Positions 30,790 to 40,400 of a DNA stretch of 64,000 nt are shown one piece after another (the first letter of the stretch is position 1; every line of letters starts with the position of its first letter). A program made the position numbers and the translations under genes. Source of the DNA: an uncultured Bacteroidota bacterium (GTDB lineage: Bacteria > Bacteroidota > Bacteroidia > Bacteroidales > VadinHA17); the NCBI GenBank assembly GCA_903824785.1, contig CAIJYD010000111.1:71059-135058 (forward strand). The letters run 5' to 3'. Below the pieces are notes generated by a model. It was given only the letters and a program-made list of their open reading frames with translations. It made no database searches and had not been told where the DNA came from.

Positions 30790-31506
30790 CTATTTTGTTT
30801 TATCTTCTATTCCTGACAGGAGGTTTATAAGTATTACACCATTGGCGCCTCTGATTCCATAAACAGAAGCAGCCGGTCCCTTAAGCACCTCAATGGATTT
30901 AACAATCTGAGGTGAAATATTATCAATACTGTTTACCATCACACCATCCACAACAAACAGTGGCTCTGTATTGGCATTCAGAGAAGACGAACCCATAACT
31001 TTTATACTTTTCCCGGATACACCAACCCCGGGAACAGCTCCACGAAGCATATCATAAATATCCTGATATCCGGCAAACCTCTGACTTTGCCCATCGATCT
31101 TGTTTACCCGGGTTGCTGAATCTTTTTTCTTCATGGTACCATATCCGGTACTAATAGTTTCATTATCACTATCGGTAACATTTTCTTCTGGTTTTCCGGA
31201 TTCACCCGGAAGAATAAAATCAATGGTAGTCCTTCCTTCTATCGGTACTTTCACATATCCGGTATAAAAAGAAAAAACCATAATTTCACGGGCTTTCAGG
31301 CTGGCTTTAACTTTATAATACCCTTTTTTATCTGTTACTGAATTCGTCTTTACTTTGTCAATAAAAATAGCGGTATTCTCAACAGGCTTTTGTTTTGCAT
31401 CTGTAACAAAACCTGTTATTATTATATTCTTCTTTACCTTTTGCCCCGATGAGATCTGGCAAACACAAATAAAAGAAAGCAATAAAAAGAAACCGGTGCT
31501 CTTCAT
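30790..31506 (-). CDS. CarboxypepD_reg-like plus TonB-plug domain protein lacking a beta-barrel
   Basis: Signal peptide. ITGFVTDAKQKPVENTAIFI...GYYKV resembles a CarboxypepD_reg domain. PLFVVDGVMV...IKSIEVLKGPAASVYGIRGANGVILI is the plug core. The ORF ends at 238 aa. Confidence 0.7.
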   Translation of the reverse strand: MKSTGFFLLLSFICVCQISSGQKVKKNIIITGFVTDAKQKPVENTAIFIDKVKTNSVTDKKGYYKVKASLKAREIMVFSFYTGYVKVPIEGRTTIDFILPGESGKPEENVTDSDNETISTGYGTMKKKDSATRVNKIDGQSQRFAGYQDIYDMLRGAVPGVGVSGKSIKVMGSSSLNANTEPLFVVDGVMVNSIDNISPQIVKSIEVLKGPAASVYGIRGANGVILINLLSGIEDKTK

Positions 31507-31563
31507 GTTTTTATTTTTTGAATAATTTTCACAAACTGGCTTGAAATAAAAAACATTATAAAC

Positions 31564-32829
31564 TTATTTTTCTGAACGTTTTTTAACATGAGGTTTATCT
31601 CCATATTCAATAATAACCGCATCGCCGTCATTTAATATTGAGATCCGTGCCGCTTCAACAACAAGTTCATTAATAAAGCTATTGGCAGGAGTGGCAATAA
31701 TTCCTTTTTTGTCAACTTCCCTGATCATCTCCTGTCGCCTTTTCAAGGATTCTCCCGCTGTCATACCATCTACTTCATTTTCAATACCAATTGCCATGGT
31801 TATGCTTGCCGAAACGGAGTCTGGACCATAACCTACAGGCTTATAACCCTCCCCCTCCCACGGAACAATCCGGTAAAAATCAGGACTTACAAAATTGAAT
31901 TGCGATCCGCCGCAGCCTATTCCTTCAAGGTACGAATGTTCCACACCACGGTTCTGATCATTATGTTTTATCATACCTGTCTTGCCATCTCCTTCAAAAA
32001 ACATCTGCAGATTCTGTTCATTACTTCCTGCTGCTGCATCGGGATATCCCAAACCGTCAATTACTGAGAGGATTGCATTGTTTTCAAAACGGACTCTTCC
32101 GTTAGCCCACATATATCCTTCATTCCCGTTGGGAAATTTCCCTTTTATTCCTGTAACTGATACCTCCACCGGTCTTAATCCGGTTATAAAATACACAAGA
32201 TCAACATAATGGCAACCTATATATACAAACGGATCTGTTTTATCGCAGGTGAACCAGTTCTGAAAGTTTGATGACCTGTAGTAATATGGTTCAATCAGTT
32301 TTGCTTCGCCCATTACAAACTCACCGAACTGTTTTAATTCATAGCCTCTTTTAGCCATCAATGACCTGCGGTCGAAACGTTTATGATATTCAACACCTAC
32401 AAAAAGTCCTTTTTCGTATGCAATTTTTTCTATCTCAATAGCCTGCTCATATTTAAGTACCAGCGGTTTTACGCAGAGGATATGCTGATTATGTTTCAGA
32501 GCCTCCATAACCACAGGATAGTGAAGCTGATCGGGCATTGCAACAACGACAATCTGCCTTGGTTTCATCTTTGCGATGACTTCACGGTAGAGGTCAGGAA
32601 ATTTATTCTCCTCCGGTTCACCAAAAGGGGGAAAAGGTTCAAAACTCTGCCCCGGGAAAGCCTCCCTGATCTCTTTGCTGTTTTTCAATGCATTGAGGGG
32701 AGGTGAATCGAGAGCACAGACTTTGATATCGTTAATATAACCTGTACGCTGGAGATGATAAGCAACAGGCAATAACAGATCGAAGGTGATCATTCCTCCG
32801 CCAATGATAACTACATCCAAAGAATTCAT
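31564..32829 (-). CDS. Gfo/Idh/MocA family oxidoreductase (no signal peptide, cytoplasmic)
   Basis: VVIIGGGMI dinucleotide motif. HILCVKPL (EKP-position variant). 22 nt downstream of the class-III aminotransferase. Confidence 0.7.
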   Translation of the reverse strand: MNSLDVVIIGGGMITFDLLLPVAYHLQRTGYINDIKVCALDSPPLNALKNSKEIREAFPGQSFEPFPPFGEPEENKFPDLYREVIAKMKPRQIVVVAMPDQLHYPVVMEALKHNQHILCVKPLVLKYEQAIEIEKIAYEKGLFVGVEYHKRFDRRSLMAKRGYELKQFGEFVMGEAKLIEPYYYRSSNFQNWFTCDKTDPFVYIGCHYVDLVYFITGLRPVEVSVTGIKGKFPNGNEGYMWANGRVRFENNAILSVIDGLGYPDAAAGSNEQNLQMFFEGDGKTGMIKHNDQNRGVEHSYLEGIGCGGSQFNFVSPDFYRIVPWEGEGYKPVGYGPDSVSASITMAIGIENEVDGMTAGESLKRRQEMIREVDKKGIIATPANSFINELVVEAARISILNDGDAVIIEYGDKPHVKKRSEK

Positions 32830-32851
32830 CTATTTACGCTTTTAAGTGATA

Positions 32852-34222
32852 CTATTTTCCTAAAATTTCATCGCATGCTTCTTCGAACACCTTAATGCCT
32901 TCTCTTAATGCCTCTTCAGTAATCATTAAAGGAGGAGCAATTTTCAGACACTCACCTGCAATACCAACCGGAGCAAACATTAACAATCCCTTGTGGAAAC
33001 ATTTCTCATTAATTTTCAGAGCAGTATCTGAATCAGGGGTTTTGGTCCCTTTCTTTACAACCTGAATACCGGCTACAAGTCCAAGTCCATGCATGCATCC
33101 TAACACATCGGGGTATTTATTTCTGATCCTGTTTAATTCAGGAATAAGTATTTCGCCTGATATCCGGGCCTTTTCAACAAGATTTTCTTTCAAGATGATT
33201 TTCAGACTTTCAACAGCAGCAACAACAGGTAAAGGGCTTCCTGAATGTGTCGATGTCATTGACCCCGGACCATAAAGGCTCATTATATCTTTTCTGCCAA
33301 TGACAGCGGAGACAGGCAATGATGAAGAGATCCCTTTTCCGCAGGCTATCAGGTCAGGTTTTATCCCATAATGCTCATATGTGAACATTTTTCCTGTTCG
33401 CCCAAACCCAGACTGTACTTCATCATAAATACTTACAATATCATATTCAAGACAAAAGGCTTCTAGTCTTTTTGCATATTCAACAGGTAAGAAATCCGGA
33501 CCCACACCCTGGTATGATTCTGTCATTATGCCGGCAATCTCCCCGGGTTCAACGCCTTTTTCCTTCAGAGTTTCAAGAAAAAGATCGAAAGAGGTGTTTT
33601 CATTTTTATACCCGTCGGGAAAAGGAACCTGGATAAATGTCTTTCCTTCATCTACTATCCAGGTCTTTAATTTTGCCATTCCTCCTGCGAGCTGTGCGCC
33701 AAGGGTTCTTCCATGAAAGGCATTAATAAATGAAACAAAATATTTCTTCTGAGGTCCGTGTTTTTCAAAAGCGTATGTTCGGGCAAGCTTAATACAGTTT
33801 TCAGTTGCTTCGCTGCCGGTGCTAAGGAGAAAGGCAAGATAATTTGCAGGATCGGGTGATATGCTCTGAAGCATCCTGGTAAGCTCAGCACGTTTTTCAT
33901 GAACAAAAACATAAGTAGCAAGGAGTTTACTGTCGAGCAGATTACGAAGAGCTTTGATTATCTCTTTGCGACCATGGCCGGCATTGGTTATTAAGACTCC
34001 CGATGACCAGTCGATCCACTTGTTTCCCCATTTGTCGTAAACCTGAAATCCCTCAGCCCTGTCCCATATAATAGGAGGCTGGCCCATCATTGAGACCGGT
34101 TCTGATTCAGACAGTGTTTGAAATATACTTAAGGATTCAGGGACTGGTAATTTTGTTTTGATCCTTCTATATTTGGTTTTTACTTTGGGGACATCAACTG
34201 GAGTAAGATCGTATTTTGCCAT
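32852..34222 (-). CDS. Class-III (omega/acetylornithine-type) PLP aminotransferase
   Basis: LLSTGSEATENCIKLAR, DEVQSGFGRTGKMF and ACGKGISSSLP (Schiff-base lysine context). Confidence 0.85.
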   Translation of the reverse strand: MAKYDLTPVDVPKVKTKYRRIKTKLPVPESLSIFQTLSESEPVSMMGQPPIIWDRAEGFQVYDKWGNKWIDWSSGVLITNAGHGRKEIIKALRNLLDSKLLATYVFVHEKRAELTRMLQSISPDPANYLAFLLSTGSEATENCIKLARTYAFEKHGPQKKYFVSFINAFHGRTLGAQLAGGMAKLKTWIVDEGKTFIQVPFPDGYKNENTSFDLFLETLKEKGVEPGEIAGIMTESYQGVGPDFLPVEYAKRLEAFCLEYDIVSIYDEVQSGFGRTGKMFTYEHYGIKPDLIACGKGISSSLPVSAVIGRKDIMSLYGPGSMTSTHSGSPLPVVAAVESLKIILKENLVEKARISGEILIPELNRIRNKYPDVLGCMHGLGLVAGIQVVKKGTKTPDSDTALKINEKCFHKGLLMFAPVGIAGECLKIAPPLMITEEALREGIKVFEEACDEILGK

Positions 34223-34394
34223 AAAACTAAAATTTTGAAAAAGTAATTTTAAAAAATAATCATAAAGAACTGAAATACAAAGTTACAGAAAAAAAATCCT
34301 CGCAACAGACAGAGGAAAGTGCCAGAAATTACTCCCAATGGTTACCGTAAGAAGATTTATTAAAATTAATATAAATAAGTTTACCATTGACAGG

Positions 34395-35411
34395 TTAATT
34401 CTTTTCATCATCAAACCAGTTTTCGTTTATTTCAAGAGACCAGACATCATTTACAAGAGGAGGATTCATCCCCCCGGCAATCCAGATTTTGTCCCGGAAA
34501 ACAAAAGCTGAGAGTTCATGACGTTCTTTCCAGCAAACATCTGATTTTATTTGTTTCCATTCTTTGCCATCCTTTGTATACCAGACATCTGACCAGTTTT
34601 TATAAGGATTATTCGACCACCCTCCCATTATAAAGATTCTGTTTCGATAAACTACAGTTGAAAACCAGATCCGCTCATGCCATGGAGCAGCGCTTGTGAC
34701 CTCAGTCCAGTGAATACCATCTTCAGAGCACCACACATCATTTTTAGCGTGATATTCAGGAACATAATTTCCACCACCGAAAACATATATTTTCCCATCC
34801 AGTACAGCTGCCTGATGATAAGCACGGGGTGACCAGCCGGCATCTGCTGTTGCCTGTTTCCAGTTTTTCCCATCGGAGGAATACCAGACATCATTTTTCA
34901 GACTATTGCTGTTGCCAAAGTAGTAATCTTCGATACCTCCAAGAATCCATATTTTATTCTTAAACTCAACAATCCCGGAAGCAATCCTTGGGCTCCAGGC
35001 TGCATTTCCTGTAACTTGTTTCCAGCTTACTCCATCGGATGATGACCAGACCTGGTTACTTGCTGAATGTCCGGCAAGTCTGCCATTGTACCAGCCACCC
35101 ATTATCCACATTTTATTTTTAAAAACGATAGTCATTGACAGATCGCTGTGAATCCATGGAGCTGATTTATTTATGAGGTCCCATTTCTTTCCATCAGTTG
35201 AACTCCACACATCGCGTGGCGGAGCTTCTTTAGAGTTATACCACCCACCCAGAATCCATAGCTTATTTTTAAATACAATTTCCCCCTGTGAGTCACGCGA
35301 AATCCAATCAGCACTATCTGTTACCTGAACCCAGTTTAATTTTTTTTCCTGACCGGAAAGCGGAAGCACCAACATCAGGAAAATTATTGAGACCATCGTT
35401 TTTATCTTCAT
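34395..35411 (-). CDS. Secreted Kelch-repeat beta-propeller protein
   Basis: Signal peptide. Six repeats of the form KNK(L/M/I)WI(L/M)GGW...DVW.S.DG..W. Confidence 0.8.
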   Translation of the reverse strand: MKIKTMVSIIFLMLVLPLSGQEKKLNWVQVTDSADWISRDSQGEIVFKNKLWILGGWYNSKEAPPRDVWSSTDGKKWDLINKSAPWIHSDLSMTIVFKNKMWIMGGWYNGRLAGHSASNQVWSSSDGVSWKQVTGNAAWSPRIASGIVEFKNKIWILGGIEDYYFGNSNSLKNDVWYSSDGKNWKQATADAGWSPRAYHQAAVLDGKIYVFGGGNYVPEYHAKNDVWCSEDGIHWTEVTSAAPWHERIWFSTVVYRNRIFIMGGWSNNPYKNWSDVWYTKDGKEWKQIKSDVCWKERHELSAFVFRDKIWIAGGMNPPLVNDVWSLEINENWFDDEKN

Positions 35412-35450
35412 CAGGTTCCGGTATTTAAAGTTCTGATCATAAAGTTTAAG

Positions 35451-36851
35451 TTACTTTTTACTGTCCAGAAGTTTTCTCATTGAGCTCATAACAATGTCTT
35501 CAGCTTCTTCTGTAACGGCACTTGCAGGTCCCGCTTCATAGCCACCCTCTTTATATGCTTTTGCAGTGCAGATATAGCCGGTAGCATAATCCCCATAAGC
35601 TGCCATGGCAACAAACAAGTCGGGACGCATTTTCTTTGCAGCAAGCTGATATTCAACAAAAAGTTCGCCCGGCATAAAGAGTATACGGGCACGACCAATG
35701 GCAAGGCAGCCTATATTAATCTTCATCCCTGCCTGTGTGCGTTTGAGCCAGGCCAGTTTAAAAAGGTTATTTGTCAGATAAACAGGATCTTTGATTTTTA
35801 TCTCTTCCTGAATATTTTGAATATACGATGCAGGAGTTAATGCTATTGGATCCGTTTTCCAGCTAACATCAGCGGAAGAAACAGGTTCTTTGGTGGTTGA
35901 TTCCCAGGCTCTTTTCATTCCGTCGGCTAATCTTTCAGCAAGTACTCCTCTTCTTTCCTTTGATCCGTCATTGTATTTGCCGGCAGCCAGGTTGCCTCCT
36001 GCACCGCTAAAATGAACGTGTAATGCCTGAGGAACCGCAAGTTGCCTCATAAAACGTGCAACACCCGGAAAGTCAGGATTTGCTATCCCAAGCCGATAAT
36101 AGCTTTGTGGATGGCAGGCGTAATAACTCAAAACAGCTACCGGCTGGTTGCCATTCCAGAAACTTACCAGAGCAACCATCGGATCTGTCAATCCTTCAGG
36201 CTCGGCCCTCAAAGCAGAATCCCTGCAAGATGAAGATCTGTTTCCTTTCACTAATCCATCGGGACCAAGAATACGCCGGTTTGAAGCTACCTCATAAACC
36301 ACTGCCTGACCAACGCCAATATGTGTTACAGGCTGAGCCGATTCCAGAGAGTTCTTTACTGAAATACCCAGACGTTTTATAAGATCATATTGAAAAGAAC
36401 TTTCATAACTAAGCGGACTGAGCCCTGCTTCCTTTAAAATTTTCTCAGCACCAAAGTCGCTTATAGGAGCGTCGTGCTGGTGAACGGTATGTACAGCAAC
36501 CCTCTCAGGTATTGTTCCTGCTGCCTCAGCAAGGGTTTTTTTAAAAGCATCCTGGCTCTCGTTGGATATGCCAATCCAGTCAACAGAGCAAAGCACAACA
36601 GGCTGGCCGGCTCCGAGTAAAACAATCCCTTTGGCTCTTAGTCCAAGGTCCCACGAGTTTATCATTACATCGTACGCAAGACGACTACCGACCGGCGGTG
36701 TGGCATCAACATCGAAAGTGGAAATACGAAGAGCTGTATTCACTCCCGGCCCGGAGGAATTTCCATCTTCCTTAATAACTGCAAGTGCCGGCAGTGTTAA
36801 TATTAACAGGTACAGGAGAAGTTTTATTTTTAGTTCAGGGAAGCATTTCAT
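35451..36851 (-). CDS. Secreted protein, paralog 1 of a tandem pair (distant neutral-ceramidase-like pattern)
   Basis: Signal peptide. FDVDATPPVGSRLAY...GLRAKGIVLLG..QPVVLCSVDW...VAVHTVHQHDAP parallels the DITPP..G...L.ARA..L......D....ATHTHS.P layout of neutral/alkaline ceramidase N-domains. This is a weak assignment from memory. Confidence 0.6.
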   Translation of the reverse strand: MKCFPELKIKLLLYLLILTLPALAVIKEDGNSSGPGVNTALRISTFDVDATPPVGSRLAYDVMINSWDLGLRAKGIVLLGAGQPVVLCSVDWIGISNESQDAFKKTLAEAAGTIPERVAVHTVHQHDAPISDFGAEKILKEAGLSPLSYESSFQYDLIKRLGISVKNSLESAQPVTHIGVGQAVVYEVASNRRILGPDGLVKGNRSSSCRDSALRAEPEGLTDPMVALVSFWNGNQPVAVLSYYACHPQSYYRLGIANPDFPGVARFMRQLAVPQALHVHFSGAGGNLAAGKYNDGSKERRGVLAERLADGMKRAWESTTKEPVSSADVSWKTDPIALTPASYIQNIQEEIKIKDPVYLTNNLFKLAWLKRTQAGMKINIGCLAIGRARILFMPGELFVEYQLAAKKMRPDLFVAMAAYGDYATGYICTAKAYKEGGYEAGPASAVTEEAEDIVMSSMRKLLDSKK

Positions 36852-36903
36852 AAAAAGTTGAATTAAATAGTGTTAATAATATCAATTTCCAGACAATATA
36901 CTA

Positions 36904-38310
36904 TCAGTGTTTACCCTTCTGATTACTTTTCAGGAGTTTTGATATTGCTGCCATAATAATGCCTTCAGCTTCATTTGTTACATTAGATACCCCGATTTCG
37001 TAGCCACCCTGGTCATAAGATAACGCAGTTCCGATATAAGCAGGGTCAGAATCGCCATATGCTGCCATGGCCACAAACAGGTCGGGACGCATGGCTTTGG
37101 CTGCAAGCTGATACTCGACGAAAAGTTCCCCCGGCATATTTAAAATACGTGCCCTTCCAAGAGAAAGGCATGAAATATCGAGCTTCTCTCCTTTTTCAGA
37201 ACGTTGCAGCCATGCAATCTTTTTCGCATTTGCACGAAGGAGTGTAGTATCTTTCAGATTTATCTCTGATTTTATTTTTTTTATTGATTCCGGTAAAGGA
37301 AGTAAAACGGGCACAACAGACCATTCTACCTGACTTGCAATTAATGGTTCAATTTTGGTTGATTCCCAGGCTCTCTTCATGCCATCGGCAAGTCGTTCAG
37401 CCAGTATCCCGCGGTTCTCATGAGAACCATCATTATATTTTCCTGCGCCAACGTTTCCTCCTGCACCTGTAAAATGTATATGAAGTGCATCAGGAACAGC
37501 GAGTTGTCGGTAAAAACGGGCAACTCCGGGATAATCAGGATTAGCTACCCCTAAACGGTAATAGCTTTGCGGATGTGTTGCATAATAGCTTAACACTGCA
37601 ACCGGTTTTGAGTTATTCCAGAAGCTGATTACCGACACCATTGGATCGATAACACCTTCAGGTTCTGCGCGGATAAGTGAATCGCGGCAAGTGGTCATTC
37701 GACCTGCCCGTACCTTACCATTATCATCCAGTATCCGCCTGTTTGAAGCGACCTTGAAAACCTGGGCCTCTCCAAAACCAATATGTGTTACGGCCGAACC
37801 ATTTTTCAGACAGTTTTTTACTGAAACTTCAAGCCGTTTAATCACTTCCCTCTGAAAAGTACCCTCGTAAGTCTCCGGTTTTAACCCGGCATTATTAAGG
37901 ATCCGTTCAGCGGCAAAATTACTTCGAGGAGCATCGTGCTGGTGCAAAGTCTGAACGGCAACCCTTGAGGGAATTGTTCCGGCACCATTTGCTACCGCAG
38001 TACGGAAAGCATTATAACTCTCACCATCAATGCCTAGCCAGTCAATAGCCACCAGAACAACAGGTTGTCCTGCTCCTGACAATACAATGCCTTTTGCCCT
38101 TAAACCAAGATCCCACGAATTAACATTCGGATCGTATGATAAAAAACTTCCAACAGGAGGGGTAACATCAATATCAAATGTGGAAACTGTCAGCCCCGGT
38201 GTTTTTGGTTCCTGTTCAATCGCGCTCACATTTGCATATCCCTGAATAAACAACATAGATATCAGAATAATGCTGAGCAATGTTCTGAATAATTTTTTAT
38301 CTGAGCACAT
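36904..38310 (-). CDS. Secreted protein, paralog 2 of the tandem pair
   Basis: Collinear with 35451..36851 at roughly 60% identity by eye. Shared blocks include NSWDLGLRAKGIVL, HQHDAP, VASNRRIL, AEPEG, PVAVLSYYA.HPQSYYRLG.ANPD.PGVARF, LAERLADGMKRAWEST and MPGELFVEYQLAAK.MRPDLFVAMAAYGD. Confidence 0.6.
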   Translation of the reverse strand: MCSDKKLFRTLLSIILISMLFIQGYANVSAIEQEPKTPGLTVSTFDIDVTPPVGSFLSYDPNVNSWDLGLRAKGIVLSGAGQPVVLVAIDWLGIDGESYNAFRTAVANGAGTIPSRVAVQTLHQHDAPRSNFAAERILNNAGLKPETYEGTFQREVIKRLEVSVKNCLKNGSAVTHIGFGEAQVFKVASNRRILDDNGKVRAGRMTTCRDSLIRAEPEGVIDPMVSVISFWNNSKPVAVLSYYATHPQSYYRLGVANPDYPGVARFYRQLAVPDALHIHFTGAGGNVGAGKYNDGSHENRGILAERLADGMKRAWESTKIEPLIASQVEWSVVPVLLPLPESIKKIKSEINLKDTTLLRANAKKIAWLQRSEKGEKLDISCLSLGRARILNMPGELFVEYQLAAKAMRPDLFVAMAAYGDSDPAYIGTALSYDQGGYEIGVSNVTNEAEGIIMAAISKLLKSNQKGKH

Positions 38311-38517
38311 TGAGGAAAATTTAAGAATTAAAATTGATCTTGCTTTTACAAATTCTGATTGAAATCCCGGAATATTCCTTATTAATACTAATTATCAGGA
38401 ATAGTAATGCCGGGAAAAAATTAAATCTGCTACAGTATCAGGCAACCCGCCAAACAACTTATGATCCCCCGAATGAGGCAGGTGCATTTATCAATTGCAT
38501 TATAAGAATAACCAGGA

Positions 38518-38550
38518 GTAACATTGAGTTAAGAAATGTCTCAATGTTAC
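38518..38550. other. Perfect 11-bp hairpin in the 320-bp susD-downstream spacer
   Basis: GTAACATTGAG (38518-38528) / CTCAATGTTAC (38540-38550) with an 11-nt loop, about 80 nt downstream of the susD stop on the minus strand. No clear U-run follows. Confidence 0.35.
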
Positions 38551-38631
38551 TACCCGGTGATTCTGAATACATCTTGTCAAAAAACTTTACTATTTTTCCT
38601 TCAAGATATTAGTCTTATTATCGTTCAAAGT

Positions 38632-40344
38632 TTAATAACCAGGATTTTGAGCGAATGGAGCACCTACATTTAAGTCAATCTGTGCCTGAGGAATTGGCCA
38701 ACGGAAATTGAAGTCCTGAATATAAGCTCCAGGACAAGCCGGATTATCATTTAATCTTTTGACCCTTTCAATAAGTTTGCCTGTACGTCTCAGTGCGATA
38801 AGTCTCCATTCTTCACCATAAAGTTCTCTTGCTCTTTCGTCAAGAATATAATCGATGGTACAATTTGCAGCTGAAACAGGATTTGCACTGGATCTGCTTC
38901 TCACTACGTTAACATCTGCTGCTGCAAGATCCGGTCTGTTTATACCAAGATAAGCTTCGGCACGAAGGAGATATGTTTCAGCAAGACGTAATGCATACCA
39001 GTCTTTATGAGTAATCCCTGATCCGGCCCTGTTAGGCTGTAAGATATAATTCTGTGGATCGAAGAACTTAATAAAGGATGGGAAAATAATCTTGCATGTA
39101 TCAACCATAAGGTTAGAACGTGCAGGACTGGTATAAAGACTGAAATCAATTTTTTTACCATTGTATGCAGACGCCGGATTATCATAATAATAAGTACGTT
39201 TAATATTATGTTTAGCATTACGGATGTCGTTGTTCCAATCGCTTCTCCACATATCATAGAAAACAAAGTTAGTTCCACGGGCATTTGCCGTAGGACGACT
39301 TAATGTATCATTGATACCGGTATATGCTCCAGCATAAATTGTTCCGCGTGTTGCTTTAAATCCGTCAGGGGTAAGAGCTAAGTCGAAATAACGTGGCCCG
39401 AAGATATAAGCAGTTGCCAGCTGGCCGCCACCTGTTATTATTTTCTCAACCTGAATAACCCACATAGCTTCAGTGTTTGCGGCAAGATTTTGATTTCCGG
39501 TATAAAAGAGATCACTGTAGACATCGCCTGATCCAAAAACATCATGTCTTGTACCAAAACGTGAAGTCATCATTTGGTAACGATATCCGGTAATTACACG
39601 GGTAGCAGCATCAACTGCCAACTGTGCTTTACCCTCTTCCAGGTAAGTTTCGGAAAGGTAATGCATTGCCACTCCCTGTGTTATTCTGCCGGGGGCAGCC
39701 TCTGCGCCGGGGACTGGTAAGTTTTCGGAAGCAAATTTAAAATCATCTTCCATCAGTTTCTGTACATCAGCAATAGGATTTCTGACAAAATCATCCTTTG
39801 CAGTTGAAACCGGTTCAGTGAGAAGAGGAATGTCGCCATAAGTTGAAACAAGGTTACGATAAGCCCATGCTCTGAAGAATCTTGCTTCTGCCAGATAGAT
39901 ATTTTTCCCGGCTTCGCCCGCACTAAAAATTGTTGGTTCTAACCCTTTTATTTTGGAGATAAGAACATTTGCTCTCTGAACAATTCTGTAACCTGTATTC
40001 CAATGAGCAGTATCAGCTTTGAAAGTAGGATTCAGATCAAGATAGGAGTTTAAATAACCGGAACCAGCCTGTGGAACCTCGCCATTATAACCTAAATCGG
40101 ATCCATGGGTAGCCCAGTTCATAGTACCAAATTCATTAAAGGCATAGTAAGCACCTCTCACCCGTTCATGAAGTGCAGATACGCCCTGAAGTACACCTGC
40201 TTCAGATAAGTAAGCATTATCAGGTGACAAAAAGTCAAGAGGCACTTCATCGAGTATTTTATCATTACAGGAGGGAAGTATTAAGACCAGAAAACTGATT
40301 ATCAATAAATACTTCTTACCCAACGTATATAAATATTTTTTCAT
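38632..40344 (-). CDS. susD: SusD/RagB family nutrient-binding outer-membrane lipoprotein
   Basis: Lipobox LILPSCND. 570 aa. Directly downstream (56 nt) of the SusC-like gene. The C-terminal ERARELYGEEWR..ALRR block is typical of SusD-like proteins. Confidence 0.85.
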   Translation of the reverse strand: MKKYLYTLGKKYLLIISFLVLILPSCNDKILDEVPLDFLSPDNAYLSEAGVLQGVSALHERVRGAYYAFNEFGTMNWATHGSDLGYNGEVPQAGSGYLNSYLDLNPTFKADTAHWNTGYRIVQRANVLISKIKGLEPTIFSAGEAGKNIYLAEARFFRAWAYRNLVSTYGDIPLLTEPVSTAKDDFVRNPIADVQKLMEDDFKFASENLPVPGAEAAPGRITQGVAMHYLSETYLEEGKAQLAVDAATRVITGYRYQMMTSRFGTRHDVFGSGDVYSDLFYTGNQNLAANTEAMWVIQVEKIITGGGQLATAYIFGPRYFDLALTPDGFKATRGTIYAGAYTGINDTLSRPTANARGTNFVFYDMWRSDWNNDIRNAKHNIKRTYYYDNPASAYNGKKIDFSLYTSPARSNLMVDTCKIIFPSFIKFFDPQNYILQPNRAGSGITHKDWYALRLAETYLLRAEAYLGINRPDLAAADVNVVRSRSSANPVSAANCTIDYILDERARELYGEEWRLIALRRTGKLIERVKRLNDNPACPGAYIQDFNFRWPIPQAQIDLNVGAPFAQNPGY

Positions 40345-40400
40345 TTTTAATTAATTTTTAGATTTGAAAATAAATAATCTATCAATTTCAATAAACAGAG

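Noticed and set aside
38334-38612. 92-aa plus-strand ORF filling the susD-downstream spacer
   Set aside because: It has a non-ATG start, runs opposite to the whole operon, has an odd composition and shows no motif. The spacer more likely holds regulatory or terminator structure (hairpin at 38518-38550).
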